A stretch of 64,000 bases of DNA from Setoptus koraiensis (lineage: Eukaryota; Animalia; Arthropoda). The notes under the pieces were generated by a model. It was not told the DNA's origin, searched no databases, and worked only from the letters and a program-made list of their open reading frames with translations. Below, one piece after another: positions 25,001 through 37,000 of this stretch. Each line of letters starts with the position of its first letter. The stretch's first letter is position 1. The stretch covers positions 23,250,001-23,314,000 of the forward strand of contig CM106586.1 in assembly GCA_048013815.1 (NCBI GenBank), given 5' to 3'. The translations under genes and the position numbers were made by a program.

Positions 25001-28000
25001 TTATTGTCTGACGCCTCCATGGACAACCTCTGAGATAGATGCTGCTGCTGCCTGTGTCGTCTGTCTAGGCTCATTTGAATATTGTCCAACAGATCGAGCG
25101 CGTTTGTCAGTCGGGCGTCTTGAGCGTGCTGAAGCTGCAAGCCTGTGCGATGCTGGCCCGATCTCATCTCGTAATCCATTCGGTCGTTGGCAATCTCTTC
25201 TCGTTGTCGCTGCTGCTGCTGCTGGTGTGAGGCCGCTGTTACGCAACTTAAATCAGCGTCGGACAATTGAGCCGCAAAGGCCTGGCTGGCCGTCTGGCGA
25301 TGCGGACAAGTGCTATTCGCTTGTTGTTGAAGATTATTTATAGAATTGGAGAATTGCGACGACGATCCGTCTATACAATCACAACAATTGCTCGCCATCT
25401 TATCGTCAGGTGGCGCTCGCAACAAGCGATAGCCGCCGAATTGGTCGGCGGTGTTCATGTTGTTACTGTTGTTGTTGTTGTAAATATCTGATCAATACTG
25501 ATAGGTTTTATATTCATGTCTGCTAGTGTGGCATCGTTACGTAATACGAAATAATAGCTTGCGTCTTGCTCGCTCTTGCTGCTGATGCTTCGACTTGCCG
25601 CTGGCCTCATTATTCGTGCTGATGATATGAGAGTGTCGATATTTGAGTTTCTGGTCGGTTCTCGGTTCTTGTTGCGTCTTGTTTTCATAAATATTTTCAG
25701 TGGGTCAGTTCGGTGTCTTGGTGTCGTCGGGTCATGGATTTCTCGATGTTTTTCAACGGAAATCTCTCACCGCTCTCGTAGAGTGAACGGATTTTTTTCA
25801 CCGCTCTCGTGGAGTGATCGGTGTAACGCGAGACATTCTCACAGTGGCTACATATATAATTGCTTGTCGCTCTGGGAAAAAAAATGTGTCAACTTTGCAC
25901 CACTGAATGACCGCTGTCCGTGGACAGGTGTCGTGTTAAATGGATTGCTGTTGGTGTTGTTTTGGATTATTTATTCACTGCAAGCTGGTGAGAGCTGAGC
26001 GCAAAACCGGTGCCGTCGCCGTTATCGTCGTCAACGAGACAAGCTTAGCGGCCGGCAGCAAACGTGCTGTTGCGACTATTCGAGACTGTTGTTGTTGTTG
26101 TTGTTGTTGCTGGTGCTGTTGCTGTTGTGACGACATGTGATGACGACAACAACAATTTTGTAACTAATTTATAGTTTGGCTCTGGTGCGCGTCTACACAA
26201 ACACATTATAAACAAATGTATATGTGATATTTGGTGATACACACAAACTCTCACACACACACACACACAAACACTCGGCGTGCAACGGGAACGCGCGCGC
26301 GGGGCCTCAACTTAATAAATGATCGCAACTCTCGGCGCCTAGCGACGTTTGCGCCTCTTTGCCGCTATGAACGGGTGAGTGTGCTTGTTAGTGTAACGGT
26401 TTGGTCGTTTTGTTTGCGTGTCGCTCTTTGCTACATAGTACTGTACTCGAGAGTGTTCTTTATGCTGTCTGTCTCGTTGCTACTTGTTTATTTTGCCGTT
26501 GCTTGTTTATTTCGGCGTTGGCTGGTTGTTTCAGCGTCGCTTGTTTATTTCAGAGTCGCTTGTTTATTTCAACGTGGTCGCTTGTTTATTTCAACGTGGT
26601 CGCTGGCTCGCTTGTTGATGCAATTATACACGTATCATCACCATCATCATCACGGTGGCAAGTTGGGGCCGAGCCAGCAAAAGCGGGCCACACAGATAGA
26701 AAAATAATTTATACTAGCCAACACACGGGCACACTAGTTGTATTAGCCCTAAAAAGCAAAAGCTGAATAAACGCGCCCGGCTGGTGAATTATTTTCAAAA
26801 TTTGCTGCTGGCTCGCCGCCACTGCCACTGCTGCTGCCGCCACTGCGCCCTCCCGAGTTACCGAGTTACCGAGTTGCCGAGTTGCCCCGTTGTCCGGGGT
26901 TCAGTTCACGCTATTACGCAACATTGACAATATCCAGCAAATTGGCGCTACCGTAACGAGGCCCCCTCAGTTGCGGGCCCCAAATGGGAGAGAGTTTGCG
27001 CAAACAGCGCGAACGCAAGCGCATTGGTATGGATCGCCAGCACCGGGCCGGCTTTACCTATACACATTGAGTAAATTTTGCGTACGTCTGTCTGTCTATC
27101 ACAGACAGTCTATGTGTTTGCGTGCTGGCGCTCGAGTCGCATTTGGGGCCCCCAGCAGCCAGCTTGGCCGGCCGGCCAGTCAGCAGGCGGTGCGCATTAG
27201 CTGGCTGGCGAGCCTGTCAGCATCAGTATCCATGCCAACCAATGAGCGAGAAACTACGCGACTATATTAAAATATCCCTTCGTTTCGTTAAATGAACAGA
27301 CACGAAAGCAATTTCGTGTCATGGGAGCCCGACGAGTTATCAGCATGCAATCGCATGTTTGCCAATGTGCAACTGTCGCTCTCATGTGCCAGCAATCATG
27401 CTATTGCCGTTATGCCGCTGGAATCTCATATCAAGTGATACGCGCCTACGAATCTTGCCACCGCCGCTCGGCCCCATCATCCCGGCCGCCGCCAATCTAG
27501 AATATGGCCCCGCGAATGGCTAGCACCGCGCTTATGGTCCAGATATATGCCGGCCAATCTGAATTGGAAATTGGTGTGCCTGTGCGCGAACGCGACACAA
27601 GAGCCAGTGTCGGTCACGAGGTCAATAATTCATCTCAACTGTCGCCATCTATGCCGACCAGCCGCCGAAGGCAAATAATCGGCCCGTCTAACGGCCGCGT
27701 TGACACCTCGACCCACATATAGTGTTACTGTTTTCGGCCGATGGGCCGATTGCGGTTATTTTTCGATACAACAGGATAAATATAAATACGGTATAAATAG
27801 CACGGGCGATAAATGTGCGCCGACAAAAAGCCGGCTCAACTTCCGCGGCCGCGTCGTGTGCACTGACCGCTGCACTGTGGTCAGTGCCAATTGGCACCAT
27901 ATGCTGGCTCCGGGCTGCGCCGGCCTCAAACTACGCCGGCTTCGGACGGGCCCCAGGCGCGGCTCGCATTACACGGGCTGGCTCGGTGGCGGGCCGGCTC

Positions 28001-31000
28001 GGTGGCGAGCCCGGCCGCCGGCAACTATGTTATCTCGGCCTAATAATAAACAATGATTAAATAAGGGCGACGACGACGACAAGATATTGCACAGTAGGCA
28101 TACGTGGCATCGTTAGCTCGCGGCGCCATTGTTTGTGTGGGATAACTGAAAAATAATGGACTCAGCCGGAATTCTGGCCAGTTGAGCGCTCATTTGCAAA
28201 AATTGGTCATTGTTGTGGCCAACCAGCGAGCTAACTGGCGGCACGGGCTCCTTTTTTGCAGCGCTCATTGTTTTTGAAGCTCATTAAAAATTCAAAGCAA
28301 CTAGTCGGCAATTATTATAGATTACAGTTGTTAGATTAGGGCGACATTTGTTTTGTTTGGCGCCACTTTTGCCCTGAACTCTTGCTTCGGTGCGCGCCGA
28401 TCGGCTACAGGGCATTTGTTGTTCGTTGTGCGGCGGTACTTGTGAGAATGCGCGCGTCAGGTCAATCGGTCGCTATCTATTTGGGGTATTTGGGTGCCCG
28501 AGCGCGAGCGCGTGTCCGCACCAGCGCCACTGGCAGAGCTGGTTGTTGTTGCGCAAGTTATGTCTGATTGTCACGCCATAAGTCGCTCGAAGGTCGAGCC
28601 ACGTGAGAAACAACAACAAGCCGACCACTAGCGGCCACTTGCGTGTATCATTATATCAGTCGGCGGCCAGATATGCGGACGAGCGGAAGTTTGCTCTGGT
28701 CATTATGGTCAGTTGGCTTGCAACAGTCTAATTGGTCACATTATTCTAACTGTTGTTGCCTCTGTCATTGTTGTTGTTGTGGCCTCTGTTGTCGTGGCCG
28801 CTGTTGTTGGTGCCACTGTTGTTGTTGTGGCCACTGTTGTGACTGTCAAGACAGACAGATAATGATCACAATAATCACGCGCGCCAATCAGCTGATGTTG
28901 ATTATCTAGATTGCGTCTGTGAGCGGTGTTGCGGCTGACGAGCTTGCCAACAACATTTGCAGTGGCACACACACACATCGTTTCGTTTGGTTTGCTTTTG
29001 ATCCGATTATTTCATTTCTGCCAACTATTTATAGCCACTGATTAAATTACCCGCCGCTTTACTCGCCAACGCGATTCGACGATATGATCCCGTTTGTTTG
29101 TTTGTGTGTGTGTGTGTGCGATCGCATCGAACGGGTCACCCCCAAACAGCCAAAACTGGGCCAGGCAGACAGGTGTAACTATCGGGGGCCCACAATGTAT
29201 TCGTCTCGTCTGGCTAACATCAGACGCATGAGATAGAATAATCAATGTCTGGTTGCCACTATTTATTTGCAGTCACCAGTCGCGCCGGTGCAAATTCTTC
29301 AATGGTTCAATGAGCATTACAATACGCCAGCAAACAGTCAATTTGTTGCCGCTACTTTATGCATGAGCCCATGGCACATATACCCTCACGGGCACCACCA
29401 CTGACACATCGTCGCGTTGTAGCCGGCTTTATGACGTAACCGATTCACACGGTGAGACACAAACCACCTATAACACACACTGCGTCGTTCCGTCTGCTTG
29501 TCAGTTTGATCGTCTGCTTGTTTGTTTGTTTGTTTATGTCTATTATCCGTAGCCCGTCAGACTTGAAAGAAAAATATCGCCAATATTAATATTTTGCCAT
29601 TGCGTTCGGCCAAACGCTGCCACGGAACAGAATCTCGCTGTTGCGCCCTGACGAGTGCACCAAAACACGGCAAAACACGGCAAAATACAGCGAAATGCAG
29701 CGAGATACGACGAAATGCAGCAAACACATACCGAATTCGCCAGTTGTAGGCGCGAGCTCGCTCCGCCACGGACAGCGCGCGAAAACACGGCACAGCAGAT
29801 AAATGGCGTGGAAGGGACCCCGCGTGAATTTGTTTTTTTGTCGTCTCAAATTGAATCGATCGCCGCGCCGTGACGCTCACAAATCTGTGTGTGTGTGTGT
29901 GCATCTGGAGAGCATCCATATCTTTTTATCGGGGCGCGTTTATGCGGTATCGCACACTCGTGATATATGGGCCAGGCTCCTTTGGGCGCCTAGCTGGCAA
30001 GAGGCGCCCCAAAAGGTCTCCAACAAGCGGCGATACAGTGGCGCCCTGCTGCCTGGACAGCGGCACTGCTGCGAGTGCGAGCGAGCAGCGGACACAGGTA
30101 AACAAGCAAGAAATAGATAGTCATACGAGTCGCACTTACGACGCAATTGTCACTGCCATTCGTCTACTGGGGCCCCACTTGGGCCCGACATTGCGCGAGG
30201 CTGTTAGTCATTGTGACTGTTAGCTACTATCAATTTGGAAATTGAATTAAGATGCACACGGGCCATAAAGGAAGGGGGGACAGGGGGGCACAGAGCCTCA
30301 GTTTGGTAACTGGTTGTAACTGGCAACTTTCATGGGTAGAGTGTTTTTTTAACAACATCAACAACAGAATGAACAAGCTCGCTGGCGTGCGCGCGTCTCG
30401 CCAACATTGGGCCGCTACTTTTTCCACACTTTTCCCGTTGTGTGACCTTGGCGCGGCTTGCCCGTGGCCGGCTAAGAGCACCGCCGAGACAAGTCGTCGG
30501 ATAAAGTCTTGATCCTTAGGTAGCTGGCTGCTGCAAGTAGTTAGTTGTTTGTTGTTGCGTGAGATGAGGACGAGCCGGCACGGGCACGGGCTCCGACGGG
30601 CCCCGAACCGGCCCCGAACTGGCCTCGAACTGGCTTCGAACTGGCGCTTTTGTGAGTGGGGCCCGTGCGCCCAGAGATGACGGTGTGTCTCTGGCGACGT
30701 GTTTCGAGCGCAGTTTCATTGTCTGTGCGCGACTTACATAATCGACCCAGCGAGCCAGTCAGTCACAGAGACGCAGAACAAGATCGGTCATTAGGAGAGA
30801 AACGAACGAACGAACGAACAGGGCGCAAGACGAAGAAGAAGAGGGGGCGCAGAAAAAAACTTTATCACAACAACATCCCGAACAACATTGCAAATAGGAT
30901 TGCTTGCGCGCGAAAAGCTTCGTCGGGAGCCGCCCGAACCTTGGGCCGACACACAGACACGGATAGTCATGCCCAGCTAGCCGGGCTGCCGGGAGCGGGC

Positions 31001-34000
31001 GGGCGCACGGGAAAACCCGGTGAGCAGTCAGTGGTCTTGACAACAACACTCCAAACTACGGACACTTAAAATTTTATCTGATCTAAGCTGATTTCATCTC
31101 GCTGCTGCTGCCGGCGGCGGCCTCAGTGGGACCGTCGCTTCGTTGGCGTTACACATTTTTGGTTTTAAATTCGATACAGTCACACATTAGGCGACGGGCA
31201 TATACAAAGTAGCGGCGCAAGACGACTTTTGCTACCTTTGCCCCATAAAGTTTTCTCTGGCTCTAGTTTTTCGAGCGGCGCTCGTTAGCCGGCGGGCGCG
31301 GGCGCAAAATAGTCGAAGAGAACACGACGGTGGGATAATTGTTCCATCTTTATGATTCTCGGGGCGCCCCCGTGAACTCATTTCGCACCGGCAACCATTA
31401 GGTGAGCCAATATCGCGCCCGAGGAATGCGCGCCGGCCATAAAACACCGGAGCGAATGCGAGCAAAGTCAGGCAATAATAACATGTCAGACGGATATATT
31501 TTTCAAGTGTGGCCCCGCAGTTCGCTGCCAATTACCGTGCGCGCGTCTATTTAGCGACAGCGACATCACGAAGGAGTGATTTCAATTGGAAACTTGAACA
31601 ACTTGGGCCGACTCGCGCGAGAGGATTTTGTGCCAATCTCAACGCGGGCGCGCGCTGGCTCACACTTGTGACATCGTGCGCCGATGTCATAAGTGGGTCG
31701 GCGGATCTTATTTTCATGTTTATTTGGCCAGCTTGCGAGTCGCGCAAGTTGCACTGGCCGAGGGCTAAGTGGGCCAACCAAGCTCGAACTGGCGACAAGC
31801 GGCTCAGGTGTGTGTGTGCCCGGAATTCGAAACTACTAATTTGAAAGAGATCGACTGATATATTTAAATTAGCTAGATTGACTCAAGTGCGCCAATTGCG
31901 CCAACTGACTGACTGGAATAACGAGCTGGCCGGGTGGGCGCAACCGGCCGCTGCACTTGTGTGTGACCAGCAGAAAAGGTTATGATGAAAAGTGGCGCCA
32001 CTAATTTAGTCCGGCAGTGCGTGCGTGCCGACGTAGCCCTTTCAGGTGTATCTGGCCGGCCCCAAATACATCAACGGCGGGCACGACGACAACAGCAACG
32101 GCAACAACAGCAGCAACAACAACATAGTAGCAACAACAACATGGTAGCAACAACAACATGGTAGCAACAACAACATGGTAGCAACAACAACATGGTAGCA
32201 ACAACAACATAGTGGCTCAACGAGGCAGACAGGATACAATTCAATTATTGAAATGGTGGTACGCGTAAACTTATCAGGATCACCTTTCGCTCTCCACAGC
32301 CACCACCGCAGCAACTACCGCCGCACAACCGGCTACAACTGGCGCTACAACTGGCGCTACAACTGGCGCGGCCGTTCTAATTTTAGCGAGCCACCGCTGA
32401 GCTGGCAGCGTTTTTTCGCCCCATTCGGCCCGTTCGTGCTCGGCCGGCTGCCCGCTCGCTCAGGTAGTAACAGATAGCGGCGTTATCTGCGACCACCAGT
32501 GGGCACTTGCGAGCCTGCGAGGGCACGCAAGGGCATCTGCGGTGCCCGTGCGCGGCTGACCGACGGCGCGCTCCTCGGCGAGCGGCCCAGCAACGCCGGT
32601 GAGCCTGATTCGGCGTAAACTAACAAGGTGCGCACACAAAGTAAATGATTGAATTAGCTGGCCACAGGGGCGCCAGCGGCGCGCCCGCTGCGAGCCGCTG
32701 GCCGAACAGCGAGCGCGTTGTACAGCGCACAGAAACGGCGCGATCTTATCTGGGGCCCGCTCGAAGGCCGGCCGCTCGCTGAGCGAGGCCCGGCACGGCC
32801 GACGATAATTTGCCCATCAAGATTGCCCGCTTTGTGTGCCGGCCGGATAACAAGGCCGACTGAGAGTGTGTGCGCGTTCGTGTTGCCAGCCAAACAAGGG
32901 GCCCCGCTAAACGCACACGAAGCGGCAGTTGTAAGACACAAACTGGCGAAACAAGTTCGTGCGCTATAAACATTCACGACGAGTCGGGCATTTCGCGAGA
33001 ATTGCTTCGCTCGCTCGCTCGCTCACTCATTCACTGGCAATTTCCCTTATAATTGGAGTGGCACACACACACACACACACAACGCAAAAGCGCCAGTTTA
33101 AACAGCGCCTGAGACTAACGGGTTGTGCCGGCGGAAGGGCAACGCAGCGACAAAAATTTCCTCTGTGTTCCATCGTCACCCGATTGCGGCAGCGCCCTGA
33201 TTGCATCATTTTGTAGCCGGTGCGGCCCCGTTTATCGGGGGCCCGTGGCACTGGGTTGCGCGCTGCCGTGCCGGCCGAACATAAGCTGGTCTCGGTGGCG
33301 GGCTATCACAGTTGCTGAGATAAGAGTGCGCGTTGCGGCGCCAAGTAGCTCAAGAGGGCGAGCCTCAGACACCCCCGACTCGGCGTATGAATTCGAGCGC
33401 GTTGCATAAATTCAGCGAACGCCGCCACGGGCACAAGATATTATCTAATGCGCGCCCAAATATCGATTGGTTTGGCCCCAGCGCGTCGCTGTTGTTGCTG
33501 TTGTTGTTGTCTCTGTTGTTGTTGTTGCTTGCTCGCCCGGCAGAGCCGTTTCTCACGCTGGCAACGACTTGAGCTTTATTACCTTGCGCCGCGCGCGCGC
33601 GCGCGACACGCACCAGCCGGCGAGCCCGAGCGATCGGGCACTTGGAGCTTGTGGTGATGGTCGCAATAGCGACTACTTGAGAGCGCTGTCAATTATTGAG
33701 CGACCCTATGCGCCATTATATCACTTATATCTAGTGGCGCGCTCGTCGGTGCGCTCACTCAATGCGCCCCAAAAGCAATGGACCGTCCGTCGCTCGTGGG
33801 CATGAGCGCGGCCAGCCAGTTGTTCGTCAATTCGTCAGGCGAATAATCGCCGGATAATAATAACAGCAGCGTTGCTGAGACGGCAAAGACGAAATGTTAG
33901 ACAGACAATAAAAGGTTTGGGGCGCCATTCCATATCAATTATCGTGCGCCTCAGCGGAGGGCGCCCCCGCGCCGCCTGCCGCCTACTGCGAAGCCGAGTG

Positions 34001-37000
34001 TGTGTTTATATAGCCGGCGAGTTTATTTGTGGTTGCAGCCATCGACAATGGCCAACATATGGCCAAATCGGCGCAATGATGCGACACACGCGTCGCCCGA
34101 ATTTGTTGCGCGCGCCCCTAGGACACCAACGAGGCGCCCATAGACACCTAAGCAACGAGGCGCCCATAGACACCTGAGCAACGATGCGCCCATAGACGCC
34201 TAGGCAACGAGACGCGAGCCAGTGAGCGAAGTCGCTGCGGCAGCGTGCACAGTCGGCACAGACCATGTTTTATTTATTAGTTTTTATTTATTGGCTGGCA
34301 TCTATCAATCTGGCATGTTTTTGTGCATGACATTTAGACTGGCACGGTCTGCGTGTCGCTCGAACGCCAGTGTGTCGCGCCGACGCAACGGCGCACAACA
34401 AGCCCGTGACGGACAAATATTGGCCAATATTATCCGCGAGCCATTAAGCGCACTCAATCAACTTTTGTTGGCACCTTCGCTGCAGCCGGCGCAAATGGAG
34501 CGCTTCCGGTTGACACACTGCAGCGCAGGGTCATTAGCGAGCGGGCCAGGTGAAGCGCACAGAACGTGAAGAACATCAAAACAGAATCGATTCGAACAGA
34601 TAGTGCTCGACGGACAGTAACTGGAAATTTCCTGTTGGGAAAGAACCGCTCGCCGGAATTGCCAGAATTGGGGCCGCTCGCGTGCTTGGGGGCAATTGAT
34701 TAGTCTGATCAATTATGTCGCCACTCTACAAATTGAACAAACACTGTTAAATGGTAATTACCGGAGCGGGCGTGATTTGTTGCGCCGAAATATTGCCTGA
34801 CGCTGACATTACGCAGATTGTTAACATTGGGTGAATGATGAAATGCACCCAATGTTAACATGCACTCTGTAATGGGTGCGACACGACATGGCGATATCAG
34901 TTATTAGTGATATCGCACGCATACGCAGTTAATTAGCTTTGGAATGAATATTCAGCGACAGTCGCAGCGTGACCAGACACTTCAGCCGAGTTTGCCCCAT
35001 CGAGTTGTGGCAGCTCGCAGGTCAGTTGAGTTGTCGGCCGCACAACAGGTCGGCCGGCCCCTGGTGGACGTGACGAGCCTTCGTACAACCGCCCTGATTT
35101 ATGTGTAACGCGTCATTTTTTGACAATCTGTTGGACCGAGCAACGTCAAAAACACGTGAACACGCTCAACACTCGCGCCTCGGATATGCGCGCCGGGCGC
35201 CCATAGTGCACGCTTGGCTAGTGCGCGCTATGCGCCTCTATCTGTGAGCTTCGCGAGACGGCGCGACTCGCGAATCCGCTTATCCTAATTAGCAAATAAA
35301 TGGCGACCCAACGACGAGCGGGCAACTGTTTTCATTTGATTGCCGAGTTGCCAACACTGATAATATATCGGCACACACAATTATCACATAGGCACACAAA
35401 CACACGTAAAGGGTGATGGTGAGCTGCACTCTAATGAAAGTCGCGCTCCGTGTTGCGCGCAAGTTAACAGCACAAAAATACTCCAATCTAATGAATAAAC
35501 ATTTACATTAGACACGATATCGGCCGGTGGGTAGCCGAGCCGAGCAGAGCCGGCAATCCCATGATCTCTATGATTACAGCGAGACAATCTCAGCTGACGA
35601 GAGTCGGCTAATGAGTTTGGGCTAACGTGGCCCACTCGTGGATAGATTGAAAATCGCCCGCTTGAGAGGCTGCAACGGCAGCCGGGCTTTTAGTCGCTGG
35701 CGTGACTCTGGGTACTTGAGTGGCTCAGTTGGTCTCGCCGAATCGAGCCGAATATGATTCACGTTCACAGAGTGCTGCGCAAGTGCTGCGCTAATGAAAA
35801 CTTGCTCGCGCTCGAAGTAAAGTCAGTCTTTATTGGAAAAACTGCCTACATAATAATAACTTTTAGTTGGTATCTGTTCACTCTCGCAATATCTTGAGCT
35901 CAGACGCAAGAGAGCGCCACGTGAGAGACGTTACCAGATTACTGATGGGCCCAATGCAATAGTTGTGTTTGGGGCCCACTGCCGGTTTACGTTGCTCTTG
36001 CGCATTCAGCGCAGTGTGCGCAGTGTTTGTATCCATTTAGACATGTGCACAGTTTTGTGGCAAGCTTGCCACAGCACAGGTTTGCGGGCAAAAGATGCGC
36101 AGTTATCGACTAACGGAAATGCATGAATCGCTCATTAGGAGTGGCACTCATTACACGGGCACAGGCTAAAAGCATTCAGGCTAAAACTGAGCTCCGAGAA
36201 TCGGGCAAATTTAAATGGAATCGCCCCTGTCGTTGTTGTCGTCGCTCGATCTCATTAGATCATGTAGCGAAGGTGTCAGGTCAATAAGTGTGTGGCGAGA
36301 ACACGTCGCTTGAGGACTGGCGCTTGAGCACACAGTCCGGGCCCCACAGTGACAGAGTGTATAAATAGAGAGCGCGTCAGCGGGGCACGGGCAACACTTG
36401 GGGCACCGGTCAAGCCAATTAAGTTTGGGCGCCCGTTGGATTGTTCGGAGGTGGGGGCAGGGGGCGGCGCATGATGGAGTGGGGGGGGGGTCCAATGTTG
36501 ACTGTGTTGATCATTGACTTGATGAGTAATTATTCGCGAGCGCACAATTCAACCCATTCATCTGGCTGCGCGCAGCAACAATAGTATGAATAGTGGCACC
36601 TACCCTGCTCACTTGCACTGTGCACGAGACTGCACGAGCTGGGGCCCGCAGTAACGGGGCCCGCTCGCCGTTACGCAATACATCATGATTAATATTAGAT
36701 GAGTAGGAAACAAGCGCACACCGAGCGGGGCCAGGCAGAAAACAAAAGATACTTTTGTAGCTTTGTGGCAACTTTGCAACAAGCAGCCAGCTCGCCTGCG
36801 CTGGTAATGCTGATGAAATAATTGTATTGTGCAGCCAGCTTATTACAAGCACCGCCACAAGTCGCGCCGTTGCCACGAGTGTTGTGCGAGTGTGTTGTGT
36901 CACCCGAGGCAAAGGTCAGCCCAACGGCCCGGTTGGGGCCCGTCGCCCGGCTGGCAGGGCCCGCTGCCCGGCTGGCAGGGCCCGCTGCCCGGCTGGCAAG

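Noticed and set aside
16715-25998. Many poly-Cys, poly-Val, poly-Leu and poly-Thr ORFs
   Set aside because: They are alternative-frame or antisense readings of the CAA/CAG/AAC runs of exon B.
32112-32213. Regularly spaced repeats (also 34127-34211 and 36938-37005) as CRISPR-like arrays
   Set aside because: They are head-to-tail tandem units without unique spacers, in eukaryotic intronic DNA with no cas genes.
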